Assembly: GCA_944389145.1 (NCBI GenBank)
Contig: CALXLH010000026.1
Location: forward strand, 177-64,176
Length of the DNA: 64,000 nucleotides
Direction: 5' to 3'
Source: an uncultured Spirochaetaceae bacterium
Lineage (GTDB): Bacteria; Spirochaetota; Spirochaetia; Sphaerochaetales; Sphaerochaetaceae
The notes under the pieces are model-generated. The model saw only the letters and a list, made by a program, of their open reading frames with translations, ran no database searches and was not told where the DNA came from. Below are positions 9,697-17,796 of this stretch, piece after piece; positions within the stretch are counted from its first letter, which is position 1; each line of letters opens with the position of its first letter. A program made the translations under genes and the position numbers.

Positions 9697-10535
9697 GAAG
9701 CGACTGGAAGCGTCCTGAGGTCTATGACCTGCCGAAGGAGGGCGAGAGGCGTATCATGCTCCGTGTCGCCTATGATGGCTCGGCCTTCCATGGCTGGCAG
9801 GCGCAGGATGGGGCTTCCTCCGTGCAGGAGACGATATCATCGGTGCTGACCGAGGTGCTTGGCTGCCGTACCATGGCCTATGGCTCAGGACGAACGGACA
9901 GCGGCGTCCATGCCCTTGATCAGGCCTGTCATTTCGACACGGCCTCCACGATAGATCCCCAGCGGTTTGCGATCATACTCAATACCAGGCTGCCCAAGAG
10001 CATAAGGGTTCTCTCCTCCTCCCTTGCGCCGCCTCTTTTCCATGCGCGCTATTCGACGATGTCCCGCGAGTACTGGTATCTGGTGAAGGAAGGTGCCGCG
10101 ATGCTTCCATTCGATAGCGGCCGCGTCACGCCGCTGAGGGTGCTTCCTCCGCAGGATCTCCTCTCTTCATATGCCGCGCTGCTCTTCGGCACGCATGACT
10201 TCACCACCTTTGCCTCGGCCCGCGATGCTTCCTCATCCCGCGTCAGGGATATCTACATATCCGAATGGGATACGATTACCGATGCATACGGCGCACCTGT
10301 GCTAAGATATAGGACGGCAGGAAACGCATTCCTGTACCATCAGGTGAGGAGCATGGTGGGGACGATGATCGACAGCGCGTTGTCGGGTGAGCCTGTGGAA
10401 TCCTTCAAGGCACGTCTCGATGGCTGTGACAGGCGCCTCGCGCTCAGGACCGCTCCTCCAGATGGGCTTTACCTGGCTCATGTGGGCTATGATCCGGATG
10501 AGTATCAGTGGTTCGAGGACAGATATGGAGAATAA
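9693..10535 (+). CDS. truA: tRNA pseudouridine(38-40) synthase
   Basis: AYDGSAFHGWQ and RTDSGVHA (catalytic Asp). The start may instead be ATG 9756. Confidence 0.85.
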   Translation: MRSDWKRPEVYDLPKEGERRIMLRVAYDGSAFHGWQAQDGASSVQETISSVLTEVLGCRTMAYGSGRTDSGVHALDQACHFDTASTIDPQRFAIILNTRLPKSIRVLSSSLAPPLFHARYSTMSREYWYLVKEGAAMLPFDSGRVTPLRVLPPQDLLSSYAALLFGTHDFTTFASARDASSSRVRDIYISEWDTITDAYGAPVLRYRTAGNAFLYHQVRSMVGTMIDSALSGEPVESFKARLDGCDRRLALRTAPPDGLYLAHVGYDPDEYQWFEDRYGE

Positions 10536-11196
10536 GGAGACACGCGAGTATCTTATGTCGCTCATCGATGAGGCCGGAAGGGTATTCTCTTCAGATCCCC
10601 TTGCCGAGTCGGGAGACGTCGTTTCATATGAGCTTAAGGATCCTGCGTCTCCGGCAAGGCCTGCATCGCGCTCCGATGATCTCTCATCCTGCCATGACTG
10701 CAGCGGCTATCTCTCGCGCACGGTCATGCCTCGCCCGATGCTCAAGCGCGGCTCAAGGCTGATGTTCATCCTGGGCGTCCCTGACGGGCAGATGATGCTT
10801 GAGGGAACGAGGATAGACTCATTCCGCCGCTGGTGGAAGGACTCCCTGCTCCTCTCTGAGGGAGAGTGGTCGCTCACATCGGTCATCAAATGCCCTGTCC
10901 CTGCCTTCTCCTCGGAGTGCGCAGACGCTTGCCGTGCCCATCTGAGGAGCGAGATGGAGGAGTACAGGCCCGGTGCGATCATGGTCCTTGGCAGCGCCGC
11001 TGCATCCTACATGCTCCGGCGGAGCGAGCCGATAACGAGCCTTATGGGCAGGCGCTATACCATCAACCATATCCCTGCATATGTCTCTCCTTCCCTTGAG
11101 GAGTATGCCTCCGATCCCTCTCTCCGCCGTCCGATCTGGGAGAACTTCCTCTTTGTCCGCCGTGAGCTTGGGCTTGAGGGAAGGAGCGCTCGTTGA
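10525..11196 (+). CDS. uracil-DNA glycosylase superfamily protein (family-4-like, degenerate motifs)
   Basis: Start reset to ATG 10525 (MENKETREY), overlapping the truA end. Layout is C..C...MFILGVPDG...KCPVP...C..C...VLGSAA...HIPAYVSPS, which parallels family-4 UDG but lacks the canonical GEAPG and HP motifs. Confidence 0.55.
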   Translation: MENKETREYLMSLIDEAGRVFSSDPLAESGDVVSYELKDPASPARPASRSDDLSSCHDCSGYLSRTVMPRPMLKRGSRLMFILGVPDGQMMLEGTRIDSFRRWWKDSLLLSEGEWSLTSVIKCPVPAFSSECADACRAHLRSEMEEYRPGAIMVLGSAAASYMLRRSEPITSLMGRRYTINHIPAYVSPSLEEYASDPSLRRPIWENFLFVRRELGLEGRSAR

Positions 11197-13154
11197 GGTA
11201 CGCCGAGCTTCTGCTGCAGCTCCCATATGAGGCCAGCTATAGCTATATCGTGCCGGAAGGGATGGAGGAAGAGGCCTCATTCGGGAAGCGGGCGATCGTT
11301 CCGTTCGGACGGAGGCGGATGACAGGCTTCATAATCTCGGTTTCCGATGAGAGGCCGAAGGGAGATTATGAGCTTAAGGCGATAGAGCGCATCCTCGACA
11401 AGGACCCGGTGTTCGATGGGCATCTCCTGGATATAGCGCGCTGGATGCGGTCGATGTACTTCACGCCTACGGGACAGTCTCTGTCCATGATGATACCATC
11501 CGGCCGCCGGGAGAGCGAGATGAGCCCGTTCTACGAGCCTGTGTCGTTCCGGCCCATTGAGCGTCTCTCTGATGATCAGGAGAAGGCTATTTCGCTGCTT
11601 CGCGAGGAACGTGCCTCGGTGTACTACCTCTTCGGCGTCACGGGATCAGGTAAGAGCGAGGTTTACCTGCGCCGGGCGGAGGATATCATAGCGAAGGGAA
11701 GGCAGGTTCTGTACATGGTTCCGGAGATAACGCTCTCTGAGCAGCTTTCCGATGAGGTGTATTCGCGCTTCTCGGGCCGTGTCGCCATCCTTCATTCCGC
11801 ACTCACTCCATCACAGCGGCTGCGTGCGTGGCATCAGATCGCATCCGGCGATGTGGATATCGTGATAGGAGCCAGGAGCAGCGTCTTCGCGCCGTTCAGG
11901 AACCTTGGGCTCATCATACTGGATGAGGAGCATGAGACATCCTACAAGTCCGGTTCCGCTCCTCGCTACCATGCCAGGCAGGTCGCCCAGTACCGGGCGG
12001 CTAAGGAAGGCGCGGAGTTCATCATGGGAAGCGCGACTCCGTCATTGGAGGCGTGGAAGCTCATGCTCGAGCATCGCATCTTCCGTATCGATATGATGAA
12101 TAGGGTCGGGGATGGCCGCTATCCCCGCATTGATGTCGTTAATTCGATCGGTTCCAGGCGCAATGTGACGCCTGAGCTAGAGAGTGCGATACGCGAGTGC
12201 CTTGACCGGAAGCGCGGAGTGCTGCTCTTCCTGAACAGGCGGGGCTATACATATGGCTACGCATGCGCATCATGCGGCCATGTGATAACCTGTCCCAACT
12301 GCTCCGTCTCCCTTACCTATCATAAGAGGGAGGGGAGGCTGGTATGCCATACCTGCGGCTATTCCGGCCCTCCTGTGAAGGTCTGCCCGGAATGCGGCTC
12401 CTATGATCTCTCTCCCCATGGCTATGGCACGGAGAATGTCGAGCAGGAGATACGCGCGCTCTTTCCGCAGGCTGTGATAGCGCGGCTCGATACCGATACG
12501 GCGGCAGAGCATAAGGGAAACACGCAGGAGATCATGCAGGGCTTCCGTGAGGGCCGCATCGACATACTGCTCGGCACCCAGATGATCGCGAAGGGATTGA
12601 ACTTCCCGCTTGTCTCTCTCGTGGGCGTGATGAATGCGGACTCATCGCTCTCGGTCCCTGACTTCCGTGCCGCAGAGAGGACCTTCGACCTGCTGCATCA
12701 GGTCGCGGGCAGGGCAGGGCGATACCGTGACGATGGACGCGTGGTGATCCAGACGTCCCAGCCGATGACTCCTGCGATCCGCGCGGCGGCGGAGAATGAC
12801 TTGGAATCCTTCTATCGCAGCGAGATGAGGAGCCGCAAGGAGACGATGTTCCCTCCCTATACCCGCCTGATAAACCTTACTGTCAGGGGTAGGAGCGAGG
12901 CGAGGACGAGGGAGGCTGCAGAGGAGCTTGAGCGTATCGCCGCGGAGCTTGAGCCCGGCTTCGAGGATGTGGAATTCTTCTCCGCCTCGCCGTCGCCAGT
13001 GGAGCGCAAGGCACGGTACTATCGCTATCATGTGCTCCTGCGTTCAGAGTCCATGGCGCTGCTGCTGCGTTTCACCTCGCTGCTTCTGTCACGCTTCCGT
13101 CTGCCGTCATCGCTCTATCTTGAGGTCGATACAGATCCCGTTTCTCTGATGTGA
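11193..13154 (+). CDS. priA: primosomal replication-restart helicase PriA
   Basis: Walker A GVTGSGKS, DEEH box, and Cys-rich zinc insertion CASCGHVITCPNC...CHTCGY...CPECGS. TTG start overlaps the previous stop. Confidence 0.9.
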   Translation: MRYAELLLQLPYEASYSYIVPEGMEEEASFGKRAIVPFGRRRMTGFIISVSDERPKGDYELKAIERILDKDPVFDGHLLDIARWMRSMYFTPTGQSLSMMIPSGRRESEMSPFYEPVSFRPIERLSDDQEKAISLLREERASVYYLFGVTGSGKSEVYLRRAEDIIAKGRQVLYMVPEITLSEQLSDEVYSRFSGRVAILHSALTPSQRLRAWHQIASGDVDIVIGARSSVFAPFRNLGLIILDEEHETSYKSGSAPRYHARQVAQYRAAKEGAEFIMGSATPSLEAWKLMLEHRIFRIDMMNRVGDGRYPRIDVVNSIGSRRNVTPELESAIRECLDRKRGVLLFLNRRGYTYGYACASCGHVITCPNCSVSLTYHKREGRLVCHTCGYSGPPVKVCPECGSYDLSPHGYGTENVEQEIRALFPQAVIARLDTDTAAEHKGNTQEIMQGFREGRIDILLGTQMIAKGLNFPLVSLVGVMNADSSLSVPDFRAAERTFDLLHQVAGRAGRYRDDGRVVIQTSQPMTPAIRAAAENDLESFYRSEMRSRKETMFPPYTRLINLTVRGRSEARTREAAEELERIAAELEPGFEDVEFFSASPSPVERKARYYRYHVLLRSESMALLLRFTSLLLSRFRLPSSLYLEVDTDPVSLM

Positions 13155-13619
13155 TCAGAGCTTCGCGATATCTACCCAGCCGGCGGATCGGGATATCATG
13201 AATAGCTCTTCCGGAGCCAGCTCTATGGCGCTCGATGGAGTGCCTGCTGCGGGAAAGACCGTATCGAAGCGCTTGACGGATACATCTATGTATACCTTGA
13301 CCCCGTCATTGATGGCGAAGGGGCAGACTCCTCCTACGGGATGCCCAGTCATGGCCTCTACGTCCTCCGGAGGTATCATGCGGGCCTTCTCGTGGAAGGT
13401 ATCCTTGAACTTCCTGTTGTCTATGCGCCCGTCTCCCGCAAGCACGATGATGACGGGATTGCCGCCTATGATGAATGACATGCTCTTCGCGATCCGGCCT
13501 TCCTCCGTTCCAAGGTCCGCGGCCGCTTCCCTTACCGTCGCCGAGGATTCCGTGAATTCGATCACATCCCCATCCTTGCCGTATTGCCTCAGGTATTCCC
13601 TTACTTTCTCTATGCTCAT
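13155..13619 (-). CDS. YbaK/ProX-type aminoacyl-tRNA trans-editing deacylase
   Basis: About 155 aa with a ...TGHPVGGVCPF... segment typical of the YbaK fold. Start set at MSIEKVREYL. Confidence 0.7.
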   Translation of the reverse strand: MSIEKVREYLRQYGKDGDVIEFTESSATVREAAADLGTEEGRIAKSMSFIIGGNPVIIVLAGDGRIDNRKFKDTFHEKARMIPPEDVEAMTGHPVGGVCPFAINDGVKVYIDVSVKRFDTVFPAAGTPSSAIELAPEELFMISRSAGWVDIAKL

Positions 13620-13782
13620 GCGGCGATTGTACACCTTTTCACGCTTTTTTCCTCCCCTCAGTGTCAGAATGACCCTAAAAGGATCGGATGAGCGCCTGCT
13701 GTGTCAATTTAGGCTGCATGTGGGGATGCGTTGAATCAAGGTATGATATATAATTTATTGTATTTAAATAAAATATAATAGT

Positions 13783-13798
13783 TGGCACGGTTCCTGCA
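13783..13798 (+). promoter_or_regulatory. sigma-54 (RpoN)-type -24/-12 promoter upstream of hsp20
   Basis: TGGCACGGTTCCTGCA compared with the consensus TGGCACG-N4-TTGCW. GG and GC are separated by exactly 10 nt. It lies about 40 nt upstream of the hsp20 ATG and is preceded by a roughly 40-nt very AT-rich tract (13741-13780). Confidence 0.45.
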
Positions 13799-13839
13799 AA
13801 ATATTGGTGTGGCCGAGATGGCCCATAAGGAGACTTAAG

Positions 13840-14271
13840 ATGAGATACGTTATAACCAGAAACATAACCCCAGGATTTCCAGGACTTGATTCGCTCTTCT
13901 CTGATTTCTTCGGAGATGTAAGCACGACGAAGATCCCGCCTGTGGATATCTATGAGACGGACGGTGAGTATGTGATAGAGGCTGAGGTCGCTGGCTATGG
14001 CGATGATGATATAAGCATATCGGTGAAGGATGGGGTGATAACCATATCCTCTTCCACCACATGGAAGGAAAGGAGGGATAGGGCAAGGGCCGAGAGGCGC
14101 ATGATCTCCTCTGAGATCCGCCTGCCGGAGTTCTCCCGCTCATTCATCCTTCCGGAGGATTCGGATCACGAAGCCATTACCGCTGATAACGCGAACGGTA
14201 TCCTTACCGTAAGGATTCCGAAGCTGAAGAAGGCGGAGAAGGGCAGGATAGATATAAAGATCGGCAGATAA
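13840..14271 (+). CDS. small heat-shock protein (Hsp20/alpha-crystallin)
   Basis: Alpha-crystallin pattern PPVDIYETDGEYVIEAEVAGY...NGILTVRIPK. SD AAGGAGA precedes ATG 13840; the track TTG 13804 is rejected. Confidence 0.85.
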   Translation: MRYVITRNITPGFPGLDSLFSDFFGDVSTTKIPPVDIYETDGEYVIEAEVAGYGDDDISISVKDGVITISSSTTWKERRDRARAERRMISSEIRLPEFSRSFILPEDSDHEAITADNANGILTVRIPKLKKAEKGRIDIKIGR

Positions 14272-14430
14272 GCCGGTCGAACCGCACACAGAGGGTGTCG
14301 TTCCTTCAGGGGAATGGCACCCTTTTCCTTTCTCTCGGGCAGGCTTCCTGCCAGCATCGGATGCGAAGCTGGGCTGGGAGATTGGTTTTCATCCTTAATA
14401 TCGTTATACTTTCCTCGTTACGGAGTGCAT

Positions 14431-15267
14431 ATGAATAGGATAGTAAGGAAGGAGCAGTTCTCGCCTGATGTGTTCTCTATGGAGATCGAAGCCCCGATGA
14501 TCGCGCGCGAGCGCAAGGCCGGGCAGTTCGTGATCGTCCAGAAAGGCGGAGATTGGAATGAGCGCATCCCTCTCACGATCGCAGATGCTGATCCGGAGAA
14601 GGGAACCATCACCATAGTCTTCCAGCGCGTGGGCGCAGGAACGTATCTCCTGGCAGAGCTTGATGTTGGCGATGAGATCGGCAATGTGCTTGGCCCTCTG
14701 GGTTCCCCTACCCATATAGAGAAGTTCGGCAAGGTCGTATGCGTGGGCGGAGGCATAGGTGTCGCGCCGCTTTATCCGATAGCCAAGGCGATGAAGGAGG
14801 CCGGCAATGATGTCTCGGTCATAATGGGTGCCCGCACGAAGGAGCTTATCATCGAGGAGGATAAGATGCGTACGATCGATCCTGACCTTACCATCGTCAC
14901 CGATGATGGCTCATATGGGGAGAAAGGCGTAGTCACGGTTCCTCTCAAGGCAATGCTGGAGAAGGGAGATGTCGATCTTGTAGTCTCGATCGGACCGGCT
15001 GTCATGATGAAGTTCTGCACCCTTGCCGCTGCTGAGTTCGATACTCCGATAATCGTCTCTCTGAATACGATCATGATCGATGGGACGGGCATGTGCGGCG
15101 GCTGCCGCGTGAGCGTCGGTGGCGAGACGAAGTTCGTCTGCGTTGATGGCCCTGAGTTCGATGGCCATCTCGTCGACTGGGATAACATGATGATGAGGCA
15201 GCGCACCTATAAGGCCCAGGAGGCTGAGGAATACCATAGATGCCGCGCTCTTGGAGGTGCCGTATGA
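14431..15267 (+). CDS. ferredoxin-NADP+ reductase-like FAD/NAD(P)-binding subunit with C-terminal [2Fe-2S] (NfnA/SudB-like)
   Basis: MNRIVRKEQFSPDVF..., GGGIGVAPL, C-terminal GMCGGCRV...C. Start reset to ATG 14431. Confidence 0.8.
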   Translation: MNRIVRKEQFSPDVFSMEIEAPMIARERKAGQFVIVQKGGDWNERIPLTIADADPEKGTITIVFQRVGAGTYLLAELDVGDEIGNVLGPLGSPTHIEKFGKVVCVGGGIGVAPLYPIAKAMKEAGNDVSVIMGARTKELIIEEDKMRTIDPDLTIVTDDGSYGEKGVVTVPLKAMLEKGDVDLVVSIGPAVMMKFCTLAAAEFDTPIIVSLNTIMIDGTGMCGGCRVSVGGETKFVCVDGPEFDGHLVDWDNMMMRQRTYKAQEAEEYHRCRALGGAV

Positions 15268-16742
15268 AGACGCCGGAGATTATCGAGAAGGAGGCGAGGG
15301 AGATCCTGTCCTCGCTCCCGGAAACGCCTAGCGCGAAGGACAGGGCCGCGATTCCTCCTCAGGCGATGCCTCAGCAGGATCCTGCGGTAAGGATACATAA
15401 TATGTCCGAGGTGGCGCTCGGCTATACGGAGGATGAGGCGCTGGTGGAGGCTAACCGCTGCCTGCAGTGCAGGAACAAGCCATGCGTCCAGGGCTGTCCG
15501 GTCGGGATAGATATCCCCGCATTCATCCATAGGATCACCGAACGCGACTATGCCGGTGCCATGGATATAATCCAGGAGAGCAGCCTTCTTCCTGCCATCT
15601 GCGGCCGCGTCTGTCCCCAGGAGAACCAGTGCCAGCTCCATTGCACGGTTGGCCGGATGCACAAGGATATAGACAAGGCTGTTGCGATAGGCCGCCTTGA
15701 GAGGTTCGTGGCCGATCATCAGGGCGATGAGGCAAAGCTTCCTCAGATCGCTCCTGATACGGGGCTGAAGGTAGCTGTCGTCGGCTCAGGCCCTGCATCG
15801 ATAGCCTGTGCTGCCGATGTACGCAGGGCTGGCCATAGCGTGACGGTGTTCGAGGCCCTTCATAAGATGGGTGGGGTACTGAGCTATGGAATCCCTGAGT
15901 TCCGCCTTCCCAAGCGCCTTGTCGACAAGGAGCTGTCGAAGCTCGAGGCTATGGGCATAGATTTCGAGCGCAACGTGCTGATCGGACGCACGAGGACGAT
16001 AAGGGAGCTGATGGAGGAGGATGGCTATGATGCCGTGTTCGTCGGTACCGGTGCCGGACTGCCGAAGTTCATGAATATCCCAGGAGAGAACCTCATCTCC
16101 GTATTCTCCGCCAATGAGTACCTTACCAGGTCCAACCTCATGAAGGCCTACGATACGGAGCATGCGCTCACTCCCTACTTCCGCTCTCACCGCGTGGCGG
16201 TCTTCGGAGGAGGGAACGTAGCGATGGACGCCGCTCGTACCGCGCTCCGCCTTGGGGCCGAGACGGTGGATATCGTATACCGCCGTACCCGGGAGGAGAT
16301 GCCTGCGAGGAAGGAGGAGGTGGAGCATGCCGTTGAGGAGGGATGCAACCTCCGTACCCTTTCACAGCCTGTGGAGATCCTCGGTGATGAGAACGGCCTC
16401 GTGAAGGGTGTCGTGATCCGTCGCTGCGAGCTTGGAGAGCCGGATGCATCCGGACGCCGCGCGCCTGTTGAGATTCCCGGTTCGGATTACACGGTGGAGT
16501 ATGATACCGTGATAGTCTCCATCGGAAACGCCTCCAATCCGCTTATCAAGAAGACTACACCGGAGATCGAGACGAACAGGAGAGGCAACTTCATCGTCGA
16601 TGAGAAGACGAACGAGACCTCGATGAAGGGAGTGTTCGCAGGCGGTGATATAGTCCTCGGAGCTGCGACGGTAATACTCGCGATGGGACAGGGCCGGAAG
16701 GCTGCGGCGGCCATCAACGAGTATCTCAGGGAGAAGAAGTGA
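15264..16742 (+). CDS. NADPH-dependent glutamate synthase small-chain-like oxidoreductase (NfnB/GltD family)
   Basis: N-terminal Fe-S Cys motif CLQCRNKPCVQGCPV and Rossmann VVGSGPAS. ATGA overlap with the upstream subunit. Confidence 0.85.
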   Translation: MKTPEIIEKEAREILSSLPETPSAKDRAAIPPQAMPQQDPAVRIHNMSEVALGYTEDEALVEANRCLQCRNKPCVQGCPVGIDIPAFIHRITERDYAGAMDIIQESSLLPAICGRVCPQENQCQLHCTVGRMHKDIDKAVAIGRLERFVADHQGDEAKLPQIAPDTGLKVAVVGSGPASIACAADVRRAGHSVTVFEALHKMGGVLSYGIPEFRLPKRLVDKELSKLEAMGIDFERNVLIGRTRTIRELMEEDGYDAVFVGTGAGLPKFMNIPGENLISVFSANEYLTRSNLMKAYDTEHALTPYFRSHRVAVFGGGNVAMDAARTALRLGAETVDIVYRRTREEMPARKEEVEHAVEEGCNLRTLSQPVEILGDENGLVKGVVIRRCELGEPDASGRRAPVEIPGSDYTVEYDTVIVSIGNASNPLIKKTTPEIETNRRGNFIVDEKTNETSMKGVFAGGDIVLGAATVILAMGQGRKAAAAINEYLREKK

Positions 16743-17200
16743 AAGATCTAGAGAGGGTGTTCTGCCTCGTCAGCGAATCTGATAAGCATGATGCGATCGA
16801 CCATATCATCGCGTCATGCACCCTCTTCGATGAGCTTCCTGACAAGAAGCGCTTTGCGGCGGCTGTTCACCGCCGTGAGCGCGTCCAGTCGACAGGCATA
16901 GGCCATGGCGTCGCGATAGCCCATGGAAAGTGCCCCCATATAGAGAGGCCTTATATCGCGCTGGGGATATCGGAGGAGGGAATCATCTTCGATGACCGCT
17001 TCCCCGATCCCGTGCATATCATATTCGTGATCGCATCCTGCCCGACGAAGGAGAGTGCCTATCTTCATGCGGTGGCATCCATCCTGTCATGGGTTCATGA
17101 TCCCGATTTCCGCCGCCGCCTGCTCTCCGGCGAGGACGATGAGGGCGTCAGGCGTTTCTTCCAGATGCTCAGGACGCAGGAATTCGTCCCGCAGGAGTGA
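16739..17200 (+). CDS. PTS EIIA type-2 domain protein (PtsN-like)
   Basis: GIGHGVAIAHGK phosphorylatable-His region, 153 aa. GTG start overlaps the nfnB-like stop (GTGA). Confidence 0.7.
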   Translation: MKDLERVFCLVSESDKHDAIDHIIASCTLFDELPDKKRFAAAVHRRERVQSTGIGHGVAIAHGKCPHIERPYIALGISEEGIIFDDRFPDPVHIIFVIASCPTKESAYLHAVASILSWVHDPDFRRRLLSGEDDEGVRRFFQMLRTQEFVPQE

Positions 17201-17705
17201 TGATCGCATCCAGCGCGGCATCATGCGGCTCTTCTATGAATCTTCCGTCGAATGATGCTGAGAATGCCAGTCCTATCGCCGTGATGCGTTCCCTGTTCTC
17301 CCTTATATACCTGTCATAGAATCCTCCGCCGCGGCCGAGCCTGTAGAGCCTTTCGTTGTATCCGAGGAGAGGAACGAGCATCAGTGCCTTGCCGTATATG
17401 GCTTCCGTGCGTTCCGGCTCCATGAAGCCCATCGGGGATCTGTGGAGGATCCTGGATGAGGAGAAGCGCATGCCGCGGCCTGCGATGTAGGGAAGCAGCA
17501 CCCTTCCATCTGAGAGTATCGGGGTTATGTCAGGCTCGTCTGAGAGAGGTGAATAGGCAAGGATCGCTGCAGCGTTCCTGTACTCATCAAGCGATGTTAG
17601 GATCGATACGATCATCCTTGATTCTGCTTCCCGGTCTATTTCCCTTATCCTCTGCCTTATCTCCTTCCTCAGCTCCGTCCTGTCCAAGGATGCCTCCTTC
17701 CACAT
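17169..17705 (-). CDS. 5-formyltetrahydrofolate cyclo-ligase
   Basis: RLGRGGGFYDRY motif, 178 aa. The 3' end overlaps the convergent EIIA gene by 32 nt. Confidence 0.75.
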   Translation of the reverse strand: MWKEASLDRTELRKEIRQRIREIDREAESRMIVSILTSLDEYRNAAAILAYSPLSDEPDITPILSDGRVLLPYIAGRGMRFSSSRILHRSPMGFMEPERTEAIYGKALMLVPLLGYNERLYRLGRGGGFYDRYIRENRERITAIGLAFSASFDGRFIEEPHDAALDAIITPAGRIPAS

Positions 17706-17796
17706 GGATTATACCAGCTTCATGCAATATACAGGAAGTATTCACATCTTTCCCCTTATCCGATAGATTCCTATTGGTATCATAAAGGGAATATCT

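Noticed and set aside
13804-13839. The TTG start at 13804 for hsp20 (12 extra residues MVWPRWPIRRLK).
   Set aside because: It would place the start codon within a few nt of the predicted sigma-54 transcription start. ATG 13840 has a proper SD (AAGGAGA) and gives the normal sHSP N-terminus.
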